Below are positions 37,522 to 47,170 of a stretch of 64,000 bases of DNA, piece after piece. The notes beneath the pieces were generated by a model. The model did not search any database. It was not told where the DNA came from and saw nothing but the letters and a program-made list of their open reading frames with translations. The translations under genes were made by a program, and so were the position numbers. The DNA is from an uncultured bacterium. GTDB lineage: Bacteria; Armatimonadota; HRBIN16. Every line of letters begins with the position of its first letter. Positions within the stretch are counted from its first letter, which is position 1. Location: positions 154 to 64,153 of the forward strand of contig CAZOGB010000013.1 in the NCBI GenBank assembly GCA_964579145.1, given 5' to 3'.

Positions 37522-38763
37522 ATGTCCAGGCGTAAGTCCAAAATCATCGGTACAGCGCAACCTGCGGAGGGGACCATTCGCCTGCTGGAGCCGGCGCGTG
37601 GGGTTGCAGACCCTGATGACCCGCATGTTCAACAGGTGGCGTCGCAGTTGCTGACGCTCTCGCAGGAGGAGCAGATAGCGGCGGCACAGTGGATGGGTTC
37701 ACAGCCCGATTACGTTGCGCTGGTGGCTTGTCTGCTCCATAGGATAGGGGTCAGTGGCGCGGTGCGTCGCGTGCTGAAGCGGGCGATGTTCGAACTGGAT
37801 CGACAGGGCGTACAGGTCGCACAGGTGTACTCAGTAGTGAGTTCAGACCGTGAAGACACTCGCAGGTCCGAGCAGTGGGTGACCGAAGAGGTGTTTGCGA
37901 GTGTGTTCTACGGATTCAGCAGCGACGTGCATCTGCGATTCTTCATGCGCCACCCCGTAGAGGGACGGGCGGCATTCCTCCTCGAGGTCACCGGCGGCGG
38001 CTACCTTGGGCTGGCACAGTTTGTGGATAGACAAGTCGATGAATTGCACCACGAGTGCCTGACCTACACGTATAATGCGCTGCTGCCGGGGCGCGAATCG
38101 GAGATCGAAGGCAACATAGGCATGTTTTTTACGCCAGTACCTGTAGACTGGGCAGTACAGGTGGTCAACCGGGCACGTCAACGGAACCTGCAGGAGCACC
38201 AGGAATTACATCCCCATGCCGCCTTCTACTGGGGTCGCCTGCCTGCGCCGCCAGATCCTCCAGTGCCCATGCCTGTCGATTCCATCCCGGACGCAGAGAC
38301 GGACTGGGCACTGTCCCCTTTGATGGGCAACCAGCCGGAGCGCGAAGCACCCCAGCCGCTCCTGCTGATGCTGACGGGATACATACCTCCATCAGAAGTG
38401 CTTGCTGAAGAGATGACGCGCCAGATGAAGCAGATGCAGAGCAGACTCATCCTGACCGAGCAGGCAGAGCGAGACCGGCTTGCTCAGGTGATGGACAGAG
38501 TCGCCCAGCAACTTCTGCCTGAAAAGTTTCGAGGATGGCTGCAAGAAATACTTCCCGTCTACGGGAGCGTTGCTTTGCTGGCTGGCGACCGTCAAACCGC
38601 GGTATGGTGCAAGGCACTCTGGCGCGAGCTGACCGAAAGGCGTGATAAACCCTTCTGGGATACTCGTACAGCATCGCTGTTGATCGCTATGTCATTGTCG
38701 GTATTGCTGTCCGAGATAGAAACGGCTGAGGGAGGTTTCGCTAATGACACGCCACTTGCATAG
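37522..38763 (+). CDS. Hypothetical protein (413 aa)
   Basis: RBS GGAGG; long ORF overlapping the next gene; no recognised motif. Confidence 0.75.
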   Translation: MSRRKSKIIGTAQPAEGTIRLLEPARGVADPDDPHVQQVASQLLTLSQEEQIAAAQWMGSQPDYVALVACLLHRIGVSGAVRRVLKRAMFELDRQGVQVAQVYSVVSSDREDTRRSEQWVTEEVFASVFYGFSSDVHLRFFMRHPVEGRAAFLLEVTGGGYLGLAQFVDRQVDELHHECLTYTYNALLPGRESEIEGNIGMFFTPVPVDWAVQVVNRARQRNLQEHQELHPHAAFYWGRLPAPPDPPVPMPVDSIPDAETDWALSPLMGNQPEREAPQPLLLMLTGYIPPSEVLAEEMTRQMKQMQSRLILTEQAERDRLAQVMDRVAQQLLPEKFRGWLQEILPVYGSVALLAGDRQTAVWCKALWRELTERRDKPFWDTRTASLLIAMSLSVLLSEIETAEGGFANDTPLA

Positions 38764-39736
38764 TAGAGGTTTCGCGTGGAGTCTGTCTCGCTGTTTGGCG
38801 ACCCTTTTACTGGTCGCTGTTGCTACCGGGTGTGCCCGTACCCAGAACGCACAGCCCTCGCGCAGCATTCCCTACGAGCAGGTTTATGCTTACGACCGCG
38901 ACCTGCCCCTCAACGCTGAAGTTACCGAGCAACAACGCGGCACGGGCTATGTCATCTACCGCGTGCAATACAGCAGCGTGCACGATAAGCGTGTGCCCGC
39001 GTGGTGGTGCGTGCCGACGACCGGAACGCCTCCCTATCCCTGTGTCATCATCATGCACGGCTACGGCGGTGACAAGAACGGTCTGCAGATGCTGGCGCCT
39101 GCCTTTGCCATGCGCGGTATTGCCACGCTGGCGATTGATGCCGAATATCACGGCGACCGCAAACAGCCGGGCAACGATATCCTCAGCACATACATCTACC
39201 GCAACCGCGAAGCCCTCGTTCAGACGGTGATTGACCTGCGCCGCGCCGTGGACTTCCTGCAAAGCAGGCAGGAGATAGACGGCAAGCGCATCAGCTATAT
39301 CGGCTTGAGCATGGGAGGCATTCTGGGCGGGATACTGGCAGGCGTGGACGAGCGCATCCAGGCGCCCATCCTGATTGTAGCGGGCGGCGACTGGGGCTAC
39401 CTGTTCAGCACCAGCCAACACCCAACCGCCGTGCAGCTGCGTGAGAAGAACCCTGAACTGTTCAAGAGCACACAGAAGATGAACGAGGTGATGGGCGTGG
39501 TTGACCCGGTGAACTGGGTGGCACACATCTCGCCGCGCCCCCTGCTGATGATTAACGGCAAGGATGACCAGATTGTGCCCAAAGAGTGCACCGAGCGCCT
39601 CTTCGCCGCAGCAAAAGAGCCGAAGGAGATTGTGTGGCTGGAAGGCGGACATATGCCCCAGCCCGATGTCGTCCTGCGCAAGGTAGACGAGTGGCTGACG
39701 AAGCACCTGTTGAACGGACAGACGGCAGGGAAGTAG
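38744..39736 (+). CDS. Alpha/beta-hydrolase lipoprotein (acetyl xylan esterase / dienelactone hydrolase-like)
   Basis: Lipobox VATGC; HGYGG; GLSMG nucleophile elbow; GKDDQIVP; GGH. Confidence 0.82.
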   Translation: MTRHLHSRGFAWSLSRCLATLLLVAVATGCARTQNAQPSRSIPYEQVYAYDRDLPLNAEVTEQQRGTGYVIYRVQYSSVHDKRVPAWWCVPTTGTPPYPCVIIMHGYGGDKNGLQMLAPAFAMRGIATLAIDAEYHGDRKQPGNDILSTYIYRNREALVQTVIDLRRAVDFLQSRQEIDGKRISYIGLSMGGILGGILAGVDERIQAPILIVAGGDWGYLFSTSQHPTAVQLREKNPELFKSTQKMNEVMGVVDPVNWVAHISPRPLLMINGKDDQIVPKECTERLFAAAKEPKEIVWLEGGHMPQPDVVLRKVDEWLTKHLLNGQTAGK

Positions 39737-39763
39737 GCGGGCTGGATGTGGGAGCCAGAGCAT

Positions 39764-39791
39764 AGCCCCACCTGACCTCCCCGCAGGCAGG
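39764..39791 (+). repeat. Dispersed copy of the AGCCCCACCT..CCTCCCCGCAGGC repeat
   Basis: AGCCCCACCTGACCTCCCCGCAGGCAGG between convergent genes; same family as 25128/25420/25487. Confidence 0.75.
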
Positions 39792-39804
39792 ATGGTTTGT
39801 GGCG

Positions 39805-40836
39805 TTACCCCGCTCTGCTCACCTGCGCGAAGGCATCAATCGCCCGGCTGATGTCCTCGTCGTCCACGTCTTTGTGCGTAACCAGGCGAAGCGTGTGGGG
39901 AAATACGTCCAGACACAGCACGTCCAGCGTCTCTAACTGCTGAACCACCCGACGCGCCGGTTGTTCGGTTTGTACATACACCATGTTGGTCTGCACCGTC
40001 TCCATGTCCACCGAAAAACCGGGCATCTCTGCAATCGCTTCCGCCAGGCGTCGCGCTCGGGCGTGGTCTTGCGCCAGCCGGTCAATCATGGTGTCCAGTG
40101 CTACCAGTCCCGCCGCGGCGAGAATCCCCGCCTGACGCATCGCGCCCCCCAGTATCTTGCGCACGCGACGTGCCTCCTCGATGAACGCTCGTGAACCGCA
40201 AAGCACCGACCCCACCGGACACGCCAGCCCCTTTGAGAGACAGAACATCACCGAATCGGCGCACGCCGCCAGTTCCTTCGCAGCCACGCCCAGCGCCACC
40301 GCGGCGTTGAAAATGCGCGCCCCGTCCAAATGCACCGACACGCCATACCGTCCAGCCAGATCCCACACCTCGCGCATATACTCTAAGGGTAGCACCACGC
40401 CTCCCGCCGCGTTGTGGGTGTTCTCCAGACAGATGAGACGGGTAGGGGGTGTATGGTCATCGCCCGGGTGGATGCGTTTGGCGTACTCTTCCACCGGCAC
40501 AATACCGCGCGTATTGGGCAGGGTGTGCAACTGCACGTTGCTGATAAACGCCGCTGCACCCAGCTCCCACTTCACAATATGGCAGTCCTCGTCGATTAAT
40601 ACCTCGTCGCCCGGGCGGGTGTGTACCTTGATAGCGATTTCGTTGCCCATCGTGCCCGAGGGAACAAACAGGGCAGCTTCCTTGCCCAGCAGTTCCGCGC
40701 TCCTCTCCTGCAGACGATTGATAGTCGGGTCCTCCCCGTAAACGTCGTCGCCCACCTCGGCGTTCGCCATCGCGCGGCGCATTTCGGGGGTGGGTACGGT
40801 CACCGTATCACTGCGCAAATCCACCAGACGCTTCAT
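39805..40836 (-). CDS. ltaE: Low-specificity L-threonine aldolase
   Basis: [47 protein letters not shown] (PLP Lys). Confidence 0.93.
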   Translation of the reverse strand: MKRLVDLRSDTVTVPTPEMRRAMANAEVGDDVYGEDPTINRLQERSAELLGKEAALFVPSGTMGNEIAIKVHTRPGDEVLIDEDCHIVKWELGAAAFISNVQLHTLPNTRGIVPVEEYAKRIHPGDDHTPPTRLICLENTHNAAGGVVLPLEYMREVWDLAGRYGVSVHLDGARIFNAAVALGVAAKELAACADSVMFCLSKGLACPVGSVLCGSRAFIEEARRVRKILGGAMRQAGILAAAGLVALDTMIDRLAQDHARARRLAEAIAEMPGFSVDMETVQTNMVYVQTEQPARRVVQQLETLDVLCLDVFPHTLRLVTHKDVDDEDISRAIDAFAQVSRAG

Positions 40837-40928
40837 TGCTCTCCTCCAGAGGTCAGGTCTGCTCACCTAACAGGATACACTCTGTGCGTACCGAAATCAA
40901 CGCTTTGCGGGATGTCTTCCTATTGTGC

Positions 40929-40980
40929 CCTGCGATTGGAAATCGCAGGCAACACAGAACAAAACCTGCTGAAGCAGGTT
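40929..40980. repeat. Two adjacent intergenic hairpins (CCTGCGAT-TGGAA-ATCGCAGG; AACCTGCT-GA-AGCAGGTT)
   Basis: Perfect 8-bp stems at 40929-40949 and 40963-40980 in a divergent intergenic region. Confidence 0.5.
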
Positions 40981-41062
40981 CCAGTCTCGGAAGAAGGCTT
41001 TGTCATGGATGACCTGCAGCTTTGGGTTGCGGGATTGCCTCTTACCAATTAGGAGACGAAAG

Positions 41063-42088
41063 ATGCGCAGTCTGAACAAACTTCTGGAGCCGATACGTGC
41101 GGAGTCGGGAGTGCCCGCGCTGGCGGCTGGGGTAATAAAGCACGGGAAGCTGGTGGCACTGGGGGCGGTGGGCAGGAGACGCGCCGACCACGAACAGCCT
41201 GTGCAGACGGGCGACCGTTTCCACATCGGTTCCTGTACCAAGTCTATGACCGCTACCCTGCTCGCAAAGCTGGTGGAAAGCGGCAGAATAGACTGGGGAA
41301 GCATGATTGCTGAAGTGTTCCCCGATATTCGCAAGCGTATCAAACGAGAGTACTGGAAGGTGACGTTAGAGCAGTTACTGACGCACCGCTCCGGCTTACC
41401 AGAGGACCGTGCGCCCGACCCGCAGGTCTTTCCCAAACTATGGGCACTGTCAGCCAGTCAGCGCAAGCAGGCGGTGGAATTGATACTTCAGCAGGAACCT
41501 GTAGCGAAGCCAGGCGAGAAGATGGTGTACTCCAATGGCGGCTATGTGGTGGCAGGGGCGATGGCGGAGGTGGTTGTGGGCAAAAGCTGGGAAGAGCTGA
41601 TTCAGGAGATGCTTTTCCACCCGCTGGGCATCAGGAGCGCAGGGTTTGGTGCACCCCTCAACGCCCCATGGGGGCATCGGGCAACGCCACAGGGCTACAT
41701 GCCTGTTGCACCCTCTCCCCTTGCGGATAACCCGCCGGTGTTCGGTCCGGCAGGAAGGGTGCATCTGTCTCTGCCAGACTGGGCGCGCTATGCCATCGCC
41801 CATCTGAATGGGGCAACGGAGCAGAAACCGCCCTTGCTGTCTCACTCTGCCTTCCGCAAACTGCACACCCCTCCTGATGGAAACGGCTACGCGATGGGCT
41901 GGGGAGTGGCTCAGCCCACGTGGGCGAAGGGTGTTGTGTTGCTCCACGCGGGAAGCAATACCCTGTGGTTTGCCCAGATTGTGCTTGTGCCGGCGGCGCG
42001 AGCTGGTTATCTGGTAGCCACTAATGCCGGGGACGAGAAGGCAGTGGGCGCGGTAAGGCAGGTGCAGGAGATTTTGCGCCAGCTGTGA
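41063..42088 (+). CDS. Serine hydrolase, beta-lactamase/AmpC-like family
   Basis: FHIGSCTKS (SxxK), LLTHRSGL, YSNGGY, PAG, HAGSN. ATG 41063 follows AGGAG. Confidence 0.88.
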   Translation: MRSLNKLLEPIRAESGVPALAAGVIKHGKLVALGAVGRRRADHEQPVQTGDRFHIGSCTKSMTATLLAKLVESGRIDWGSMIAEVFPDIRKRIKREYWKVTLEQLLTHRSGLPEDRAPDPQVFPKLWALSASQRKQAVELILQQEPVAKPGEKMVYSNGGYVVAGAMAEVVVGKSWEELIQEMLFHPLGIRSAGFGAPLNAPWGHRATPQGYMPVAPSPLADNPPVFGPAGRVHLSLPDWARYAIAHLNGATEQKPPLLSHSAFRKLHTPPDGNGYAMGWGVAQPTWAKGVVLLHAGSNTLWFAQIVLVPAARAGYLVATNAGDEKAVGAVRQVQEILRQL

Positions 42089-42163
42089 AGCGAGACGGTA
42101 CAGGGAAAACCGCTGGCGATGGCGAATTGGACAGTGCAGGCAATTTCGCAGGAGGTCACAGAG

Positions 42164-42916
42164 ATGGGGAAATTCGGTATCGCCTTACAGACCTACACCG
42201 TGCGCGATGAGATGGCGCGCGATTTCAAAGGCACTCTGCAGAAGGTGGCAGAAATGGGCTATCCGGCGGTGCAGCTCGCTGGTACCGGCGGGATGAGCAT
42301 TCAGGAGGCGAGGCAGTTTCTGGACAGTCTCGGCTTGAAGGTATTTGGCGGGCATTTCGGCATCGAGCAGCTGGAGAAGGATCTGGATAGCGTGCTGGAG
42401 CTGGCTCGCGGGCTGGGCATGGAGTATATCGTGGTGCCCTGGATGCCAGAGGAGCTGCGCCGGGATGCGGAAGGCTGGAAGACCGTGGCAAAGCGCATGA
42501 ACGCCATCGGTGAGAAGGTTGTGGCAGAGGGATTTGTGTTCTGCTACCACAACCACTCGTTTGAGTTCCAGAAGTTCGACGGCAAATACGGGCTGGATAT
42601 CTTCTATGAGAACACCGACCCGAAGCTGGTGCAGGCGGAGCTAGACACCTACTGGGTGAAACACGGTGGCGAAGACCCCGCCGAGTACATCCGCAAGTAC
42701 GCCGGGCGAGTGCCCCTGCTTCATCTGAAGGATATGGCGGAAGACGGCAGCTTCGCCGAAGTGGGGCACGGGATTCTGGACTGGGATGCCATCTTCAAAG
42801 CGGCGGAAGAGAGCGGCGTGAAGTGGATGGCGGTCGAGCAGGACGTGTGCAAACGCCCGCCCCTGGAGAGCGCAAAACTGAGTCTGGAGTTCCTGAAGTC
42901 TAAGGGCTTGCTGTAG
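42164..42916 (+). CDS. Sugar phosphate isomerase/epimerase (xylose isomerase-like TIM barrel)
   Basis: LQTYTVRD, YHNHSFEF, ELDTYW, HLKD, VEQD. ATG 42164 follows GGAGG. Confidence 0.9.
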   Translation: MGKFGIALQTYTVRDEMARDFKGTLQKVAEMGYPAVQLAGTGGMSIQEARQFLDSLGLKVFGGHFGIEQLEKDLDSVLELARGLGMEYIVVPWMPEELRRDAEGWKTVAKRMNAIGEKVVAEGFVFCYHNHSFEFQKFDGKYGLDIFYENTDPKLVQAELDTYWVKHGGEDPAEYIRKYAGRVPLLHLKDMAEDGSFAEVGHGILDWDAIFKAAEESGVKWMAVEQDVCKRPPLESAKLSLEFLKSKGLL

Positions 42917-42930
42917 TTCCCTGCTTTCGT

Positions 42931-42966
42931 CCCCACCTCTCTGTGGTCAAGTGCAGGGAGGTGGGG
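42931..42966. repeat. 13-bp imperfect hairpin with CCCCACCT core
   Basis: CCCCACCTCTCTG...CAGGGAGGTGGGG; shares its core with the 25128 repeat family. Confidence 0.5.
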
Positions 42967-42995
42967 GCAATCTATCATGTACCGGGTAGAGATGC

Positions 42996-44981
42996 ATGGC
43001 AACGACGATATGGCAGAGAATACGTGCCGAGGCAGAGACGCGCGAAGAGGCTATCCCGGCGCAACGTGGCGTTACCTTGCGTGCCGTACTTGTCGGCATT
43101 ATCCTCGCTCCGCTGATTGCGTGGTTCAATATTTCCGTTGAAGCTATCCGCTACGCCGGTCAACCCACCACGATATCGCTTTTCCCACATGTGCTGTTTG
43201 TTCTGCTCTGTTTGATTGCGTTGAACGCGGTGGTAGGGCGCGTCTTGCCGCGATGGCGGTTCTCACCGGCGGAGCTGATGACGGTCTATTTCTTCACGCT
43301 GATGAACGCGGTGATGGCGTCGCATGACCTGATTGAAGTGATTACCCCCATCCTCACCTATCCCTTCAAATACGCCAACCCCGCTAACCGCTGGGAGAGC
43401 GAGGTTATCCCCTACATGCCGAAGTGGCTGTTCGTGAGCGACCCCGATGCGGTGGATAAATACTACATCGGCAATTCCAACTTTTGGAACGTCCGCGACC
43501 TGCGCATCTGGACGCCACCCCTGCTCATCTGGACGGGCTTTTTTACCGTGCTGGCGTTCGGCATGTTCTGCCTGAACGTGCTCCTGCGCAAACAGTGGAC
43601 AGACCGCGAACGGCTCTCCTATCCGCTGGTGCAGCTGCCACTGGAGCTGGTACAGCCGCGCGTGCCGGTGCTCCAAAGCCGCCTGTTCTGGATTGCCTTC
43701 GCCATTGCTGCGGTCAACGATATCTGGTTCGGGTTGAACCGACTCTTCCCCAACATCCCCCAGCCTTACGTGCGCTGGCAGACGCTGGAACAGTACATCA
43801 CCACGCCTCCGTGGAACGCTATCGGCTGGCTTCCGCTGGCGTTTTTCCCGTGGATTGTGGGCATTGGGGTGATGCTGCCCACCGACCTGCTCTTTTCATG
43901 CTGGTTCTTCTTCTGGATGTGGAAGCTTCAGCCCATCATCGCCGCCTATTACGGCTGGAACCAGATACCCGGCTTTCCCTACGTGAACGAACAATCGTTC
44001 GGGGCATATATGGGTATCGCCCTGTTCACGATATACACGGCGCGGAAGGCACTGGCGCACGGCTTCTCGTCAATATGGCGAGGCTCGGACGGCACCGACA
44101 AGGGCGAGGCGATGTCCTATCGCTGGGCGGCGCTGGGCTTTCTGGCAAGCCTGGCGGCGCTGTACCTGTTCTTTCTGTCCACCGGCATGACGGGTTGGGT
44201 GATTGCCCTCTCCCTGCTCATCTATCTGGCGATTTCGCTGGCGGTAACACGAATGCGTGCCGAACTCGGTCCACCTGCGCATGACCTGCACGACTCGGGA
44301 CCTCAGCGACTGATTCCCCTGCTGTTTGGGGTGGAAAACCTGAAACGCCAGGACCTGGTGATGTTCGCGCCGATACAGGGCTTCAACCGCGCCTACCGCG
44401 CCCACCCGATGCCGACGCATATTGAAGGGCTTCGCGCCGCCGAACGCACCCGCTCCTCCATGCGGGCGATGTTCTGGGTGCTGGTGTTTGCCGTGTTCTG
44501 GGGCACGTTGACCGGTTTCTTCGTGAACGTGCACCTGCATTACCAGTGGGGCGCGGCGTCCAAGGCGGATACCCCCTACGTCAGCACCATCTTCGGCAGG
44601 GAGCCTTATGACCGCATCACCTCTCTGCTGTCGGGCTCGGTCTCGTCGTTGCAGAAGCGCAACGTCATCTGGGCAATGATGGTGGGCTTTGGCGTTACGG
44701 CGGTGCTCAGCCTTTTCCGCATGAACATCCCGAACTTTCCGTTCCACCCGGTGGGCTATGCTATCTCCAGCAGCTGGAGCCTGAGCGTGCTGTGGTTCTC
44801 ACTGCTGGTAGCATGGGTGTGTAAGGTGGTGATTATGAAAGTGGGAGGGTTGCGCAGCTACCAGCGTGCCCTACCCTTCTTCCTCGGGCTGGTGCTGGGA
44901 GAGTGCACCATGGGTAGCCTGTGGATGCTGGTCAGCATCTTCACCGGCACGAAGACCTTTATTGTCTGGCCATACGGATAA
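42996..44981 (+). CDS. Polytopic membrane protein, DUF6785/DUF6784-like putative transporter (661 aa)
   Basis: RKQWTDRERLSYP, TTPPWNAIG, FPFHPVGYA; paralog of 9780-11801. Confidence 0.8.
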   Translation: MATTIWQRIRAEAETREEAIPAQRGVTLRAVLVGIILAPLIAWFNISVEAIRYAGQPTTISLFPHVLFVLLCLIALNAVVGRVLPRWRFSPAELMTVYFFTLMNAVMASHDLIEVITPILTYPFKYANPANRWESEVIPYMPKWLFVSDPDAVDKYYIGNSNFWNVRDLRIWTPPLLIWTGFFTVLAFGMFCLNVLLRKQWTDRERLSYPLVQLPLELVQPRVPVLQSRLFWIAFAIAAVNDIWFGLNRLFPNIPQPYVRWQTLEQYITTPPWNAIGWLPLAFFPWIVGIGVMLPTDLLFSCWFFFWMWKLQPIIAAYYGWNQIPGFPYVNEQSFGAYMGIALFTIYTARKALAHGFSSIWRGSDGTDKGEAMSYRWAALGFLASLAALYLFFLSTGMTGWVIALSLLIYLAISLAVTRMRAELGPPAHDLHDSGPQRLIPLLFGVENLKRQDLVMFAPIQGFNRAYRAHPMPTHIEGLRAAERTRSSMRAMFWVLVFAVFWGTLTGFFVNVHLHYQWGAASKADTPYVSTIFGREPYDRITSLLSGSVSSLQKRNVIWAMMVGFGVTAVLSLFRMNIPNFPFHPVGYAISSSWSLSVLWFSLLVAWVCKVVIMKVGGLRSYQRALPFFLGLVLGECTMGSLWMLVSIFTGTKTFIVWPYG

Positions 44982-44996
44982 AGGAGGCAATGCGCA

Positions 44997-46241
44997 ATGT
45001 CCCGTGTGAGTGCGAACGACAGGGTGGTGCTGGGCTTCATCGGCACCGGCGGACGCGGTCAGCACCTGATGCGGGTGGCACTGAGCAACCCCGACGTGCA
45101 GATTGCTGCCGTGTGCGATGTGATGGAGTCCCGACTGTCGCAGGCGGTGCAAATCACCGGCGGCACCGCGACCCCTTATAAGGACTTTCGCCGCCTGCTG
45201 GAGCGCAAGGACCTGGATGCGGTGTTCGTCACCACGCCGGACCACTGGCACTGCATCATGACCATCGCCGCGTGCGAGGCAGGCAAAGATGTGTACGTGG
45301 AGAAGCCGCTGGGGCACAACATTGCCGAAGGGCGCGCGGCGGTGAACGCGGCGAAGCGGTTCAATCGTATCGTCCAGCACGGAACCCAGCAGTTAAGCGG
45401 TCAGCACTATGCGGAGGCGCGCGAGCTGATTCGCTCTGGGGCGCTGGGCAAAATCACCCATGTGCGCATCTGGAACGTGTGGAACGAGTCGCCCGACGGC
45501 ATCGGCAATCCGCCCGACTCGGAGCCGCCGCCCGATATCGATTACGACATGTGGCTGGGGCCTGCGCCCAAACGCCCGTTCAATCCCAACCGGTGCTACG
45601 CGCCCGGCTACTGGTTCCAGTGGGACTACTCCGGCGGGCACATGCTGGCGTGGGCAATCCACCATATCGACACGGCGCACTGGGTGCTGGGGGTTACCGC
45701 TCCGCGCATGGTGGTGTCCACCGGCGGCAAGTACGCCCTGAAGGACAACCGTACCACCCCGGACACGCAGGACGCCCTGCTGGACTACGGCGACTTCATC
45801 GTGCAGGCTTCCGTCTACCACGCCAACGCCCGCCCCATTGAGGGCAGCTGGTACGGCATCGCCTTCTACGGAACGAACGGCACCATGCGCCTCCTGCGCG
45901 AGGGCTTTGAGGTCTACCCCGAGGGCAACCGTACCCGACCGATAGGGCGCGGCGGCTCCCCGCAGGAGGAACCGCATGTCCGTAACTTTCTGGACTGCGT
46001 GAAGAGCAGAAAACAGCCCAACGCACCGGTGGAATGGGGGCATCTCTCCACGAACGCCATGCACCTGGCGAACATCGCCCTTCGCACGGGGCGAGCGGTG
46101 CACTGGGACGCAAAGGGCGAGAAAGTCATCGGCGATGAGGGAGCGAACCGCTATCTGTGTCGCACCTACCGCAAACCGTGGGGGCAGTATGTCCTGCGCT
46201 ACCTTGCGCCGGCACACCGGAAGTACTATCGGGAGACATAG
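44997..46241 (+). CDS. Gfo/Idh/MocA family oxidoreductase
   Basis: GFIGTGGRG, TTPDHWH, YVEKP, QHGTQQ, DYDMWLGPAP. Confidence 0.92.
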   Translation: MSRVSANDRVVLGFIGTGGRGQHLMRVALSNPDVQIAAVCDVMESRLSQAVQITGGTATPYKDFRRLLERKDLDAVFVTTPDHWHCIMTIAACEAGKDVYVEKPLGHNIAEGRAAVNAAKRFNRIVQHGTQQLSGQHYAEARELIRSGALGKITHVRIWNVWNESPDGIGNPPDSEPPPDIDYDMWLGPAPKRPFNPNRCYAPGYWFQWDYSGGHMLAWAIHHIDTAHWVLGVTAPRMVVSTGGKYALKDNRTTPDTQDALLDYGDFIVQASVYHANARPIEGSWYGIAFYGTNGTMRLLREGFEVYPEGNRTRPIGRGGSPQEEPHVRNFLDCVKSRKQPNAPVEWGHLSTNAMHLANIALRTGRAVHWDAKGEKVIGDEGANRYLCRTYRKPWGQYVLRYLAPAHRKYYRET

Positions 46242-46274
46242 AGGAGATTTTTCTTGACAATTTGGCAGGTAAAA

Positions 46275-46354
46275 ACCTAACCCCCAGCCCCTTCCCTGCG
46301 AGGGAAGGAGAGTCAGATTCCTCCCCGCCTGCGGGGAGGTTAGGTGGGGCTGTC
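46275..46354 (-). repeat. 80-bp inverted copy of the composite repeat at 25484-25564
   Basis: Reverse complement matches 25484-25564 with one substitution and one 1-nt indel. Confidence 0.9.
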
Positions 46355-46396
46355 ATCGGGGTCTGAACAAACCTGCTAACAGGAGGTGTGAAATCC

Positions 46397-47149
46397 ATGC
46401 AGACCGTCATCAGGATGGCTCTGGTGCTTGGCTTATGGTTTACCGTGTTCAACACATCACCGGGAGAGGCACAGAAGATGGAGACAGACAAACCCATCCG
46501 TGTTCTGGTCGTGACGGGCGGACATGACTTTGAGCGTGAACCGTTCTTCGAGATGTTTCGCGCCTTTGAGGGCATCGTGTACGAAGAAGTACAGCACCCC
46601 AACGCGCACGCACGTCTGACCCCCGAAGGCGCAAAAGGCTATGATGTGATCGTGCTGTACGACATGTGGCAGCCCATCAACGAGGAGAGTCAGGAGGCGT
46701 TCGTGAAACTGCTGAGGCAGGGCAAGGGGCTGGTCGCGCTTCACCACAGCCTTGCCAGCTACCAGACCTGGGATGAGTACCGAAACATCATCGGCGGCAG
46801 GTGGTACATGGACAAATGGAGCCAAAATGGGAAGGAACAGCCTCCATCCACTTTTAAACATGATGTACAATTTAAAGTGCATATCGCCGATAGCAAGCAC
46901 CCTGTCACCAGAGGCTTGCAGGATTTCGACATCCGGGATGAAACCTACGGCAACTTCGAAGTGTTGCCGAAAGTCAAACCGTTGCTGACCACCGAGGAAC
47001 CGACCAGCAACCGCGTGATTGCCTGGGCGCACACTTACGGCAGGTCGCGCGTGGTGTATATCCAGCTGGGGCACGACCATTACGCCTACCAGAATCCAAA
47101 CTACCGCCGCCTTGTTCTGCAGGCGATACGCTGGGTGGCAGGTAGATGA
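46397..47149 (+). CDS. ThuA-like (trehalose utilisation) domain protein with signal peptide
   Basis: RVLVVTGGHDFE, YDVIVLYD, GKGLVALHHS, DETY, YGRSRVVYIQLGHD. Confidence 0.85.
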   Translation: MQTVIRMALVLGLWFTVFNTSPGEAQKMETDKPIRVLVVTGGHDFEREPFFEMFRAFEGIVYEEVQHPNAHARLTPEGAKGYDVIVLYDMWQPINEESQEAFVKLLRQGKGLVALHHSLASYQTWDEYRNIIGGRWYMDKWSQNGKEQPPSTFKHDVQFKVHIADSKHPVTRGLQDFDIRDETYGNFEVLPKVKPLLTTEEPTSNRVIAWAHTYGRSRVVYIQLGHDHYAYQNPNYRRLVLQAIRWVAGR

Positions 47150-47170
47150 GCAGGAGAGTCTGCGACGTCG

